Assembly (NCBI GenBank): GCA_964016885.1
Contig: OZ024741.1
Location: forward strand, 408,952,001 to 409,016,000
Source: Eledone cirrhosa
Taxonomy: Eukaryota
Reading direction: 5' to 3'
DNA length: 64,000 bases
Shown here piece after piece: positions 15,101-30,100 of the stretch. The notes beneath the pieces are model-generated. The model was not told the DNA's origin. It did no database searches and saw nothing but the letters and a program-made list of their open reading frames with translations. A program made the translations under genes and the position numbers. Position 1 is the first letter of the stretch. Each line of letters opens with the position of its first letter.

Positions 15101-18100
15101 TGTACCTATTTTAAAAGGAAGACTCTACCTATTTTAAAAGGAAGACTGTGTACCTATTTTAAAAGGGAGACTGTACCTATTGTAAAAGTAAGACTGTACC
15201 TATTTTAAAAGGAAGACTGTGTACCTATTTTAAAAGGAAGACTGTACCTATTTTAAAAGGGAGACTGTCTACCTATTTTAAAAGGGACACTGTACCTATT
15301 TCAAAAGGAAGACTGTACCTATTTTAAAAGGAAGACTGCACCTATTTTGAAAGGGAGACTGTGTACCTATTTTAAAAGGGAGACTGTCTGCCTATTTTAA
15401 AGGGGAGACTGTGTACCTATTTTAAAAGGGAGACTGTACCTATTTTAAAAGGAAGACTGTACCTATTTTAAAAGGAAGACTGTGTACCTATTTTAAAAGG
15501 GAGACTGTGTACCTATTTTAAAAGGAAGACTGTATAGCTATTTTAAAAGGGAGACTGTGTATCTATTTTAAAAGGAAGTCTGTGTACCTATTTTAAAAGG
15601 GAGACTGTACCTATATTAAAAGGAAGACTGTGTACCTATTTTAAAAGGAAGACTGTACCTATTTTAAAAGGACGACTGTACCTATTTTAAAAGGAAGACT
15701 GTACCTATTTTAAAAGGCAGACTGTGTACCTATTTTAAAAGGGAGACTGTGTACCTATTTTAAAATGAAGACTGTACCTATTTTAAAAGGAAGACTGTGT
15801 ACCTATTTTAAAAAAGAGACTGTACCTATTTTAAAAGGAAGACTGTACCTATTTTAAAAGGAAGACTGCACCTATTTTGAAAGGGAGACTGTGTACCTAT
15901 TTTAAAAGGGAGACTGTCTACCTATTTTAAAGGGGAGACTGTGTACCTATTTTAAAAGGGATACTGTACCTATTTTAAAAGGAAGACTGTACCTATTTTA
16001 AAAGGAAGACTGTGTACCTATTTTAAAAGGGAGACTGTGTACCTATTTTAAAAGGAAGACTGTGTACCTATTTTAAAAGGGAGACTGTGTACCTATTTGT
16101 AAAAGGAAGACTGTGTACCTATTTCAAAAGGGAGACTGTACCTATATTAAAAGGAAGACTGTGTACCTATTTTAAAAGGAAGACTGTACCTATTTTAAAA
16201 GGACGACTGTACCTATTTTAAAAGGAAGACTGTACCTATTTTAAAAGGAAGACTGTGTACGTATTTTAAAAGGGAGACTGTGTACCTATTTTAAAATGAA
16301 GATTTTACCTATTTTAAAAGGAAGACTGTGTACCTATTTTAAAAGGGAGACTTACCTATTTTAAAAGGAAGACTGTACCTATTTTAAAAGGAAGACTGTA
16401 CCTATTTTAAAAGGAAGATTGTGTACCTATTTTAAAAGGGAGACTGTACCTATTTTAAAAGGGCGACTATACCTATTTTCAAAGGGAGACTTACCTATTT
16501 TAAAAGGGAGACTGTGTACCTATTTTAAAAGGAAGACTGTACCTATTTTAAAAGGAAGACTGTGTACCTATTTTAAAAGGGAGACTGCACCTATTTTAAA
16601 AGGGAGACTGTACCTATTTTAAAAGGAAGATTGTGTACCTATTTTAAAAGGGAAACTGTACCTATTTTAAAAGTAAGACTCTACCTATTTTAAAAGGAAG
16701 ACTGTGTACCTATTTTAAAAGGGAGACTGTACCTATTGTAAAAGGAAGACTGTACCTATTTTAAAAGGAAGACTGTGTACCTCTTTTAAAAGGAAGACTG
16801 TACCTATTTCAAAAGGGAGACTGTCTACCTATTTTAAAAGGGACACTGTAATTATTTTAAAAGGAAGACTGTACCTATTTTAAAAGGAAGACTGCACCTA
16901 TTTTGAAAGGGAGACTGTGTACCTATTTTAAAAGGGAGACTGTCTACCTATTTTAAAGGGGAGACTGTGTACCTATTTTAAAAGGGAGACTGTACCTATT
17001 TTAAAAGGAAGACTGTACCTATTTTAAAAGGAAGACTGTGTACCTATTTTAAAAGGGAGAGTGTGTACCTATTTTAAAAGGAAGACTGTGTAGCTATTTT
17101 AAAAGGGAGACTGTGTACCTATTTTAAAAGGAAGACTGTGTACCTATTTTAAAAGGGAGACTGTACCTATACTAAAAGGAAGACTGTGTACCTATTTTAA
17201 AAGGAAGACTGTACCTATTTTAAAAGGACGACTGTACCTATTTTAAAAGGAAGACTGTACCTATTTTAAAAGGAAGACTGTGTACCTATTTTAAAAGGGA
17301 GACTGTGTACCTATTTTAAAATGAAGACTGTACCTATTTTAAAAGGAAGACTGTGTACCTATTTTAAAAGGGAGACTGTACCTATTTTAAAAGGAAGACT
17401 GTACCTATTTTAAAAGGAATACTGCACCTATTTTGAAAGGGAGACTGTGTACCTATTTTAAAAGGGAGACTGTCTACCTATTTTAAAGGGGAGACTGTGT
17501 ACCTATTTTAAAAGGGATACTGTGTACCTATTTTAAAAGGAAGACTGTGTACCTATTTTAAAAGAGAGACTGTGTACCTATTTTAAAAGGAAGACTGTGT
17601 ACCTATTTTAAAAGTGAGACTGTACCTATATTAAAAGGAAGACTGTGTACCTATTTTAAAAGGAAGACTGTACCTATTTTAAAAGGACGACTGTACCTAT
17701 TTTAAAAGGAAGACTGTACCTATTTTAAAAGGAAGACTGTGTACGTATTTTAAAAGGGAGACTGTGTACCTATTTTAAAATGAAGATTGTACCTATTTTA
17801 AAAGGAAGACTGTGTACCTATTTTAAAAGGGAGACTGTACCTATTTTAAAAGGAAGACTGTACCTATTTTAACAGGAAGACTGTACCTATTTTAAAAGGA
17901 AGATTGTGTACCTATTTTAAAAGGGAGACTGTACCTATTTTAAAAGGGAGACTATACCTATTTTCAAAGGGAGACTTACCTATTTTAAAAGGGAGACTGT
18001 GTACCTATTTTAAAAGGAAGACTGTACCTATTTTAAAAGGAAGACTGTGTACCTATTTTAAAAGGAAGACTGTACCTATTTTAAAAGGAAGACTGTACCT

Positions 18101-21100
18101 ATTTTAAAAGGAAGACTGTACCTATTTTAAAAGGAAGATTGTGTACCTATTTTAAAAGGGAGACTGTGTACCTATTTTAAAAGGAAGCCTGTGTACCTAT
18201 TTTAAAAGGGAGACTGTACCTATACTAAATGGAAGACTGTGTACCTATTTTAAAAGGAAGACTGTACCTATTTTAAAAGGACGACTGTACCTATTTTAAA
18301 AGGAAGACTGTACCTATTTTAAAAGGAAGACTGTGTACCTATTTTAAAAGGGAGACTGTGTACCTATTTTAAAATGAAGACTGTACCTATTTTAAAAGGA
18401 AGACTGTGTACCTATTTTAAAAGGGAGACTGTACCTATTTTAAAAGGAAGACTGTACCTATTTTAAAAGGAATACTGCACCTATTTTGAAAGGGAGACTG
18501 TGTACCTATTTTAAAAGGGAGACTGTCGACCTATTTTAAAGGGGAGACTGTGTACCTATTTTAAAAGGGATACTGTGTACCTATTTTAAAAGGAAGACTG
18601 TGTACCTATTTTAAAAGAGAGACTGTGTACCTATTTTAAAAGGAAGACTGTGTACCTATTTTAAAAGTGAGACTGTACCTATATTAAAAGGAAGACTGTG
18701 TACCTATTTTAAAAGGAAGACTGTACCTATTTTAAAAGGACGACTGTACCTATTTTAAAAGGAAGACTGTACCTATTTTAAAAGGAAGACTGTGTACGTA
18801 TTTTAAAAGGGAGACTGTGTACCTATTTTAAAATGAAGATTGTACCTATTTTAAAAGGAAGACTGTGTACCTATTTTAAAAGGGAGACTGTACCTATTTT
18901 AAAAGGAAGACTGTACCTATTTTAACAGGAAGACTGTACCTATTTTAAAAGGAAGATTGTGTACCTATTTTAAAAGGGAGACTGTACCTATTTTAAAAGG
19001 GAGACTATACCTATTTTCAAAGGGAGACTTACCTATTTTAAAAGGGAGACTGTGTACCTATTTTAAAAGGAAGACTGTACCTATTTTAAAAGGAAGACTG
19101 TGTACCTATTTTAAAAGGGAGAGTGTGTACCTATTTTAAAAGGAAGACTGTGTAGCTATTTTAAAAGGGAGACTGTGTACCTATTTAAAAGGAAGACTGT
19201 GTACCTATTTTAAAAGGGAGACTGTACCTATACTAAAAGGAAGACTGTGTACCTATTTTAAAAGGAAGACTGTACCTATTTTAAAAGGACGACTGTACCT
19301 ATTTTAAAAGGAAGACTGTACCTATTTTAAAAGGAAGACTGTGTACCTATTTTAAAAGGGAGACTGTGTACCTATTTTAAAATGAAGACTGTACCTATTT
19401 TAAAAGGAAGACTGTGTACCTATTTTAAAAGGGAGACTGTACCTATTTTAAAAGGAAGACTGTACCTATTTTAAAAGGAATACTGCACCTATTTTGAAAG
19501 GGAGACTGTGTACCTATTTTAAAAGGGAGACTGTCTACCTATTTTAAAGGGGAGACTGTGTACCTATTTTAAAAGGGATACTGTGTACCTATTTTAAAAG
19601 GAAGACTGTGTACCTATTTTAAAAGAGAGACTGTGTACCTATTTTAAAAGGAAGACTGTGTACCTATTTTAAAAGTGAGACTGTACCTATATTAAAAGGA
19701 AGACTGTGTACCTATTTTAAAAGGAAGACTGTACCTATTTTAAAAGGACGACTGTACCTATTTTAAAAGGAAGACTGTACCTATTTTAAAAGGAAGACTG
19801 TGTACGTATTTTAAAGGGGAGACTGTGTACCTATTTTAAAATGAAGATTGTACCTATTTTAAAAGGAAGACTGTGTACCTATTTTAAAAGGGAGACTGTA
19901 CCTATTTTAAAAGGAAGACTGTACCTATTTTAACAGGAAGACTGTACGTATTTTAAAAGGAAGATTGTGTACCTATTTTAAAAGGGAGACTGTACCTATT
20001 TTAAAAGGGAGACTATACCTATTTTCAAAGGGAGACTTACCTATTTTAAAAGGGAGACTGTGTACCTATTTTAAAAGGAATACTGTACCTATTTTAAAAG
20101 GAAGACTGTGTACCTATTTTAAAAGGAAGACTGTACCTATTTTAAAAGGAAGACTGTACCTATTTTAAAAGGAAGACTGTACCTATTTTAAAAGGAAGAC
20201 TGTGTACCTATTTTAAAAGGGAGACTGCACCTATTTTAAAAGGGAGACTGTACCTATTTTAATAGGAAGACGGTACCTATTTTAAAAGGGAGACTGTACC
20301 TATTTTAAAAGGAAGACTCTACCTATTTTAAAAGGAAGACTGTACCTATTTTAAAAGGAAGACTGTGTACCTTTATTAAAAGGGAGACTGTGTACGTATT
20401 TTAAAAGGAAGACTGTGTACCTATTTTAAAAGGGAGACTGCACCTATTTTAAAAGGGAGACTGTACCTATTTTAAAAGGAAGACTGTGTACCTATTTTAA
20501 AAGGGAAACTGTACCTATTTTAAAAGGAAGACTCTACCTATTTTAAAAGGAAGACTGTGTACCTATTTTAAAAGGGAGACTGTACCTATTGTAAAAGTAA
20601 GACTGTACCTATTTTAAAAGGAAGACTGTGTACCTATTTTAAAAGGAAGACTGTACCTATTTTAAAAGGGAGACTGTCTACCTATTTTAAAAGGGACACT
20701 GTACCTATTTCAAAAGGAAGACTGTACCTATTTTAAAAGGAAGACTGCACCTATTTTGAAAGGGAGACTGTGTACCTATTTTAAAAGGGAGACTGTCTGC
20801 TATTTTAAAGGGGAGACTGTGTACCTATTTTAAAAGGGAGACTGTACCTATTTTAAAAGGAAGACTGTACCTATTTTAAAAGGAAGAGTGTGTACCTATT
20901 TTAAAAGGGAGACTGTGTACCTATTTTAAAAGGAAGACTGTATAGCTATTTTAAAAGGGAGACTGTGTACCTATTTTAAAAGGAAGTCTGTGTACCTATT
21001 TTAAAAGGGAGACGGTACCTATATTAAAAGGAAGACTGTGTACCTATTTTAAAAGGAAGACTGTACCTATTTTAAAAGGACGACTGTACCTATTTTAAAA

Positions 21101-24100
21101 GGAAGACTGTACCTATTTTAAAAGGCAGACTGTGTACCTATTTTAAAAGGGAGACTGTGTACCTATTTTAAAATGAAGACTGTACCTATTTTAAAAGGAA
21201 GACTGTGTACCTATTTTAAAAAAGAGACTGTACCTATTTTAAAAGGAAGACTGTACCTATTTTAAAAGGAAGACTGCACCTATTTTGAAAGGGAGATTGT
21301 GTACCTATTTTAAAAGGGAGACTGTCTACCTATTTTAAAGGGGAGACTGCACCTATTTTAAAAGGGAGACTGTACCTATTTTAATAGGAAGACGGTACCT
21401 ATTTTAAAAGGGAGACTGTACCTATTTTAAAAGGAAGACTCTACCTATTTTAAAAGGAAGACTGTACCTATTTTAAAAGGAAGACTGTGTACCTTTATTA
21501 AAAGGGAGACTGTGTACGTATTTTAAAAGGAAGACTGTGTACCTATTTTAAAAGGGAGACTGCACCTATTTTAAAAGGGAGACTGTACCTATTTTAAAAG
21601 GAAGACTGTGTACCTATTTTAAAAGGGAAACTGTACCTATTTTAAAAGGAAGACTCTACCTATTTTAAAAGGAAGACTGTGTACCTATTTTAAAAGGGAG
21701 ACTGTACCTATTGTAAAAGTAAGACTGTACCTATTTTAAAAGGAAGACTGTGTACCTATTTTAAAAGGAAGACTGTACCTATTTTAAAAGGGAGACTGTC
21801 TACCTATTTTAAAAGGGACACTGTACCTATTTCAAAAGGAAGACTGTACCTATTTTAAAAGGAAGACTGCACCTATTTTGAAAGGGAGACTGTGTACCTA
21901 TTTTAAAAGGGAGACTGTCTGCTATTTTAAAGGGGAGACTGTGTACCTATTTTAAAAGGGAGACTGTACCTATTTTAAAAGGAAGACTGTACCTATTTTA
22001 AAAGGAAGAGTGTGTACCTATTTTAAAAGGGAGACTGTGTACCTATTTTAAAAGGAAGACTGTATAGCTATTTTAAAAGGGAGACTGTGTACCTATTTTA
22101 AAAGGAAGTCTGTGTACCTATTTTAAAAGGGAGACTGTACCTATATTAAAAGGAAGACTGTGTACCTATTTTAAAAGGAAGACTGTACCTATTTTAAAAG
22201 GACGACTGTACCTATTTTAAAAGGAAGACTGTACCTATTTTAAAAGGCAGACTGTGTACCTATTTTAAAAGGGAGACTGTGTACCTATTTTAAAATGAAG
22301 ACTGTACCTATTTTAAAAGGAAGACTGTGTACCTATTTTAAAAAAGAGACTGTACCTATTTTAAAAGGAAGACTGTACCTATTTTAAAAGGAAGACTGCA
22401 CCTATTTTGAAAGGGAGATTGTGTACCTATTTTAAAAGGGAGACTGTCTACCTATTTTAAAGGGGAGACTGTGTACCTATTTTAAAAGGGATACTGTACC
22501 TATTTTAAAAGGAAGACTGTACCTATTTTAAAAGGAAGACTGTGTACCTATTTTAAAAGGGAGACTGTGTACCTATTTTAAAAGGAAGACTGTGTACCTA
22601 TTTTAAAAGGGAGACTGTGTACCTATTTGTAAAAGGAAGACTGTGTACCTATTTCAAAAGGGAGACTGTACCTATATTAAAAGGAAGACTGTGTACCTAT
22701 TTTAAAAGGAAGACTGTACCTATTTTAAAAGGACGACTGTACCTATTTTAAAAGGAAGACTGTACCTATTTTAAAAGGAAGACTGTGTACGTATTTTAAA
22801 AGGGAGACTGTGTACCTATTTTAAAATGAAGATTTTACCTATTTTAAAAGGAAGACTGTGTACCTATTTTAAAAGGGAGACTTACCTATTTTAAAAGGAA
22901 GACTGTACCTATTTTAAAAGGAAGACTGTACCTATTTTAAAAGGAAGATTGTGTACCTATTTTAAAAGGGAGACTGTACCTATTTTAAAAGGGCGACTAT
23001 ACCTATTTTCAAAGGGAGACTTACCTATTTTAAAAGGGAGACTGTGTACCTATTTTAAAAGGAAGACTGTACCTATTTTAAAAGGAAGACTGTGTACCTA
23101 TTTTAAAAGGAAGACTGTACCTATTTTAAAAGGAAGACTGTACCTATTTTAAAAGGAAGACTGTACCTATTTTAAAAGGAAGATTGTGTACCTATTTTAA
23201 AAGGGAGACTGTGTACCTATTTTAAAAGGAAGACTGTGTACCTATTTTAAAAGGGAGACTGTACCTATACTAAATGGAAGACTGTGTACCTATTTTAAAA
23301 GGAAGACTGTACCTATTTTAAAAGGACGACTGTACCTATTTTAAAAGGAAGACTGTACCTATTTTAAAAGGAAGACTGTTTACCTATTTTAAAAGGGAGA
23401 CTGTGTACCTATTTTAAAATGAAGACTGTACCTATTTTAAAAGGAAGACTGTGTACCTATTTTAAAAGGGAGACTGTACCTATTTTAAAAGGAAGACTGT
23501 ACCTATTTTAAAAGGAATACTGCACCTATTTTGAAAGGGAGACTGTGTACCTATTTTAAAAGGGAGACTGTCTACCTATTTTAAAGGGGAGACTGTGTAC
23601 CTATTTTAAAAGGGATACTGTGTACCTATTTTAAAAGGAAGACTGTGTACCTATTTTAAAAGAGAGACTGTGTACCTATTTTAAAAGGAAGACTGTGTAC
23701 CTATTTTAAAAGTGAGACTGTACCTATATTAAAAGGAAGACTGTGTAACTATTTTAAAAGGAAGACTGTACCTATTTTAAAAGGACGACTGTACCTATTT
23801 TAAAAGGAAGACTGTACTTATTTTAAAAGGAAGACTGTGTACGTATTTTAAAAGGGAGACTGTGTACCTATTTTAAAATGAAGATTGTACCTATTTTAAA
23901 AGGAAGACTGTGTACCTATTTTAAAAGGGAGACTGTACCTATTTTAAAAGGAAGACTGTACCTATTTTAACAGGAAGACTGTACCTATTTTAAAAGGAAG
24001 ATTGTGTACCTATTTTAAAAGGGAGACTGTACCTATTTTAAAAGGGAGACTATACCTATTTTCAAAGGGAGACTTACCTATTTTAAAAGGGAGACTGTGT

Positions 24101-27100
24101 ACCTATTTTAAAAGGAAGACTGTACCTATTTTAAAAGGAAGACTGTGTACCTATTTTAAAAGGGAGAGTGTGTACCTATTTTAAAAGGAAGACTGTGTAG
24201 CTATTTTAAAAGGGAGACTGTGTACCTATTTAAAAGGAAGACTGTGTACCTATTTTAAAAGGGAGACTGTACCTATACTAAAAGGAAGACTGTGTACCTA
24301 TTTTAAAAGGAAGACTGTACCTATTTTAAAAGGACGACTGTACCTATTTTAAAAGGAAGACTGTACCTATTTTAAAAGGAAGACTGTGTACCTATTTTAA
24401 AAGGGAGACTGTGTACCTATTTTAAAATGAAGACTGTACCTATTTTAAAAGGAAGACTGTGTACCTATTTTAAAAGGGAGACTGTACCTATTTTAAAAGG
24501 AAGACTGTACCTATTTTAAAAGGAATACTGCACCTATTTTGAAAGGGAGACTGTGTACCTATTTTAAAAGGGAGACTGTCTACCTATTTTAAAGGGGAGA
24601 CTGTGTACCTATTTTAAAAGGGATACTGTGTACCTATTTTAAAAGGAAGACTGTGTACCTATTTTAAAAGAGAGACTGTGTACCTATTTTAAAAGGAAGA
24701 CTGTGTACCTATTTTAAAAGTGAGACTGTACCTATATTAAAAGGAAGACTGTGTACCTATTTTAAAAGGAAGACTGTACCTATTTTAAAAGGACGACTGT
24801 ACCTATTTTAAAAGGAAGACTGTACCTATTTTAAAAGGAAGACTGTGTACGTATTTTAAAAGGGAGACTGTGTACCTATTTTAAAATGAAGATTGTACCT
24901 ATTTTAAAAGGAAGACTGTGTACCTATTTTAAAAGGGAGACTGTACCTATTTTAAAAGGAAGACTGTACCTATTTTAACAGGAAGACTGTACCTATTTTA
25001 AAAGGAAGATTGTGTACCTATTTTAAAAGGGAGACTGTACCTATTTTAAAAGGGAGACTATACCTATTTTCAAAGGGAGACTTACCTATTTTAAAAGGGA
25101 GACTGTGTACCTATTTTAAAAGGAATACTGTACCTATTTTAAAAGGAAGACTGTGTACCTATTTTAAAAGGAAGACTGTACCTATTTTAAAAGGAAGACT
25201 GTACCTATTTTAAAAGGAAGACTGTACCTATTTTAAAAGGAAGACTGTGTACCTATTTTAAAAGGGAGACTGCACCTATTTTAAAAGGGAGACTGTACCT
25301 ATTTTAATAGGAAGACGGTACCTATTTTAAAAGGGAGACTGTACCTATTTTAAAAGGAAGACTCTACCTATTTTAAAAGGAAGACTGTACCTATTTTAAA
25401 AGGAAGACTGTGTACCTTTATTAAAAGGGAGACTGTGTACGTATTTTAAAAGGAAGACTGTGTACCTATTTTAAAAGGGAGACTGCACCTATTTTAAAAG
25501 GGAGACTGTACCTATTTTAAAAGGAAGACTGTGTACCTATTTTAAAAGGGAAACTGTACCTATTTTAAAAGGAAGACTCTACCTATTTTAAAAGGAAGAC
25601 TGTGTACCTATTTTAAAAGGGAGACTGTACCTATTGTAAAAGTAAGACTGTACCTATTTTAAAAGGAAGACTGTGTACCTATTTTAAAAGGAAGACTGTA
25701 CCTATTTTAAAAGGGAGACTGTCTACCTATTTTAAAAGGGACACTGTACCTATTTCAAAAGGAAGACTGTACCTATTTTAAAAGGAAGACTGCACCTATT
25801 TTGAAAGGGAGACTGTGTACCTATTTTAAAAGGGAGACTGTCTGCTATTTTAAAGGGGAGACTGTGTACCTATTTTAAAAGGGAGACTGTACCTATTTTA
25901 AAAGGAAGACTGTACCTATTTTAAAAGGAAGAGTGTGTACCTATTTTAAAAGGGAGACTGTGTACCTATTTTAAAAGGAAGACTGTATAGCTATTTTAAA
26001 AGGGAGACTGTGTACCTATTTTAAAAGGAAGTCTGTGTACCTATTTTAAAAGGGAGACTGTACCTATATTAAAAGGAAGACTGTGTACCTATTTTAAAAG
26101 GAAGACTGTACCTATTTTAAAAGGACGACTGTAACTATTTTAAAAGGAAGACTGTACCTATTTTAAAAGGCAGACTGTGTACCTATTTTAAAAGGGAGAC
26201 TGTGTACCTATTTTAAAATGAAGACTGTACCTATTTTAAAAGGAAGACTGTGTACCTATTTTAAAAAAGAGACTGTACCTATTTTAAAAGGAAGACTGTA
26301 CCTATTTTAAAAGGAAGACTGCACCTATTTTGAAAGGGAGATTGTGTACCTATTTTAAAAGGGAGACTGTCTACCTATTTTAAAGGGGAGACTGTGTACC
26401 TATTTTAAAAGGGATACTGTACCTATTTTAAAAGGAAGACTGTACCTATTTTAAAAGGAAGACTGTGTACCTATTTTAAAAGGGAGACTGTGTACCTATT
26501 TTAAAAGGAAGACTGTGTACCTATTTTAAAAGGGAGACTGTGTACCTATTTGTAAAAGGAAGACTGTGTACCTATTTCAAAAGGGAGACTGTACCTATAT
26601 TAAAAGGAAGACTGTGTACCTATTTTAAAAGGAAGACTGTACCTATTTTAAAAGGACGACTGTACCTATTTTAAAAGGAAGACTGTACCTATTTTAAAAG
26701 GAAGACTGTGTACGTATTTTAAAAGGGAGACTGTGTACCTATTTTAAAATGAAGATTTTACCTATTTTAAAAGGAAGACTGTGTACCTATTTTAAAAGGG
26801 AGACTTACCTATTTTAAAAGGAAGACTGTACCTATTTTAAAAGGAAGACTGTACCTATTTTAAAAGGAAGATTGTGTACCTATTTTAAAAGGGAGACTGT
26901 ACCTATTTTAAAAGGGCGACTATACCTATTTTCAAAGGGAGACTTACCTATTTTAAAAGGGAGACTGTGTACCTATTTTAAAAGGAAGACTGTACCTATT
27001 TTAAAAGGAAGACTGTGTACCTATTTTAAAAGGAAGACTGTACCTATTTTAAAAGGAAGACTGTACCTATTTTAAAAGGAAGACTGTACCTATTTTAAAA

Positions 27101-30100
27101 GGAAGATTGTGTACCTATTTTAAAAGGGAGACTGTGTACCTATTTTAAAAGGAAGACTGTGTACCTATTTTAAAAGGGAGACTGTACCTATACTAAATGG
27201 AAGACTGTGTACCTATTTTAAAAGGAAGACTGTACCTATTTTAAAAGGACGACTGTACCTATTTTAAAAGGAAGACTGTACCTATTTTAAAAGGAAGACT
27301 GTGTACCTATTTTAAAAGGGAGACTGTGTACCTATTTTAAAATGAAGACTGTACCTATTTTAAAAGGAAGACTGTGTACCTATTTTAAAAGGGAGACTGT
27401 ACCTATTTTAAAAGGAAGACTGTACCTATTTTAAAAGGAATACTGCACCTATTTTGAAAGGGAGACTGTGTACCTATTTTAAAAGGGAGACTGTCTACCT
27501 ATTTTAAAGGGGAGACTGTGTACCTATTTTAAAAGGGATACTGTGTACCTATTTTAAAAGGAAGACTGTGTACCTATTTTAAAAGAGAGACTGTGTACCT
27601 ATTTTAAAAGGAAGACTGTGTACCTATTTTAAAAGTGAGACTGTACCTATATTAAAAGGAAGACTGTGTACCTATTTTAAAAGGAAGACTGTACCTATTT
27701 TAAAAGGACGACTGTACCTATTTTAAAAGGAAGACTGTACCTATTTTAAAAGGAAGACTGTGTACGTATTTTAAAAGGGAGACTGTGTACCTATTTTAAA
27801 ATGAAGATTGTACCTATTTTAAAAGGAAGACTGTGTACCTATTTTAAAAGGGAGACTGTACCTATTTTAAAAGGAAGACTGTACCTATTTTAACAGGAAG
27901 ACTGTACCTATTTTAAAAGGAAGATTGTGTACCTATTTTAAAAGGGAGACTGTACCTATTTTAAAAGGGAGACTATACCTATTTTCAAAGGGAGACTTAC
28001 CTATTTTAAAAGGGAGACTGTGTACCTATTTTAAAAGGAATACTGTACCTATTTTAAAAGGAAGACTGTGTACCTATTTTAAAAGGAAGACTGTACCTAT
28101 TTTAAAAGGAAGACTGTACCTATTTTAAAAGGAAGACTGTACCTATTTTAAAAGGAAGACTGTGTACCTATTTTAAAAGGGAGACTGCACCTATTTTAAA
28201 AGGGAGACTGTACCTATTTTAATAGGAAGACGGTACCTATTTTAAAAGGGAGACTGTACCTATTTTAAAAGGAAGACTCTACCTATTTTAAAAGGAAGAC
28301 TGTACCTATTTTAAAAGGAAGACTGTGTACCTTTATTAAAAGGGAGACTGTGTACGTATTTTAAAAGGAAGACTGTGTACCTATTTTAAAAGGGAGACTG
28401 CACCTATTTTAAAAGGGAGACTGTACCTATTTTAAAAGGAAGACTGTGTACCTATTTTAAAAGGGAAACTGTACCTATTTTAAAAGGAAGACTCTACCTA
28501 TTTTAAAAGGAAGACTGTGTACCTATTTTAAAAGGGAGACTGTACCTATTGTAAAAGTAAGACTGTACCTATTTTAAAAGGAAGACTGTGTACCTATTTT
28601 AAAAGGAAGACTGTACCTATTTTAAAAGGGAGACTGTCTACCTATTTTAAAAGGGACACTGTACCTATTTCAAAAGGAAGACTGTACCTATTTTAAAAGG
28701 AAGACTGCACCTATTTTGAAAGGGAGACTGTGTACCTATTTTAAAAGGGAGACTGTCTGCCTATTTTAAAGGGGAGACTGTGTACCTATTTTAAAAGGGA
28801 GACTGTACCTATTTTAAAAGGAAGACTGTACCTATTTTAAAAGGAAGACTGTGTACCTATTTTAAAAGGGAGACTGTGTACCTATTTTAAAAGGAAGACT
28901 GTATAGCTATTTTAAAAGGGAGACTGTGTACCTATTTTAAAAGGAAGTCTGTGTACCTATTTTAAAAGGGAGACTGTACCTATATTAAAAGGAAGACTGT
29001 GTACCTATTTTAAAAGGAAGACTGTACCTATTTTAAAAGGACGACTGTACCTATTTTAAAAGGAAGACTGTACCTATTTTAAAAGGCAGACTGTGTACCT
29101 ATTTTAAAAGGGAGACTGTGTACCTATTTTAAAATGAAGACTGTACCTATTTTAAAAGGAAGACTGTGTACCTATTTTAAAAAAGAGACTGTACCTATTT
29201 TAAAAGGAAGACTGTACCTATTTTAAAAGGAAGACTGCACCTATTTTGAAAGGGAGACTGTGTACCTATTTTAAAAGGGAGACTGTCTACCTATTTTAAA
29301 GGGGAGACTGTGTACCTATTTTAAAAGGGATACTGTACCTATTTTAAAAGGAAGACTGTACCTATTTTAAAAGGAAGACTGTGTACCTATTTTAAAAGGG
29401 AGACTGTGTACCTATTTTAAAAGGAAGACTGTGTACCTATTTTAAAAGGGAGACTGTGTACCTATTTGTAAAAGGAAGACTGTGTACCTATTTCAAAAGG
29501 GAGACTGTACCTATATTAAAAGGAAGACTGTGTACCTATTTTAAAAGGAAGACTGTACCTATTTTAAAAGGACGACTGTACCTATTTTAAAAGGAAGACT
29601 GTACCTATTTTAAAAGGAAGACTGTGTACGTATTTTAAAAGGGAGACTGTTTACCTATTTTAAAATGAAGATTTTACCTATTTTAAAAGGAAGACTGTGT
29701 ACCTATTTTAAAAGGGAGACTTACCTATTTTAAAAGGAAGACTGTACCTATTTTAAAAGGAAGACTTACCTATTTTAAAAGGAAGATTGTGTACCTATTT
29801 TAAAAGGGAGACTGTACCTATTTTAAAAGGGCGACTATACCTATTTTCAAAGGGAGACTTACCTATTTTAAAAGGGAGACTGTGTACCTATTTTAAAAGG
29901 AAGACTGTACCTATTTTAAAAGGAAGACTGTGTACCTATTTTAAAAGGGAGACTGCACCTATTTTAAAAGGGAGACTGTACCTATTTTAAAAGGAAGACT
30001 GTGTACCTATTTTAAAAGGGAAACTGTACCTATTTTAAAAGTAAGACTCTACCTATTTTAAAAGGAAGACTGTGTACCTATTTTAAAAGGGAGACTGTAC

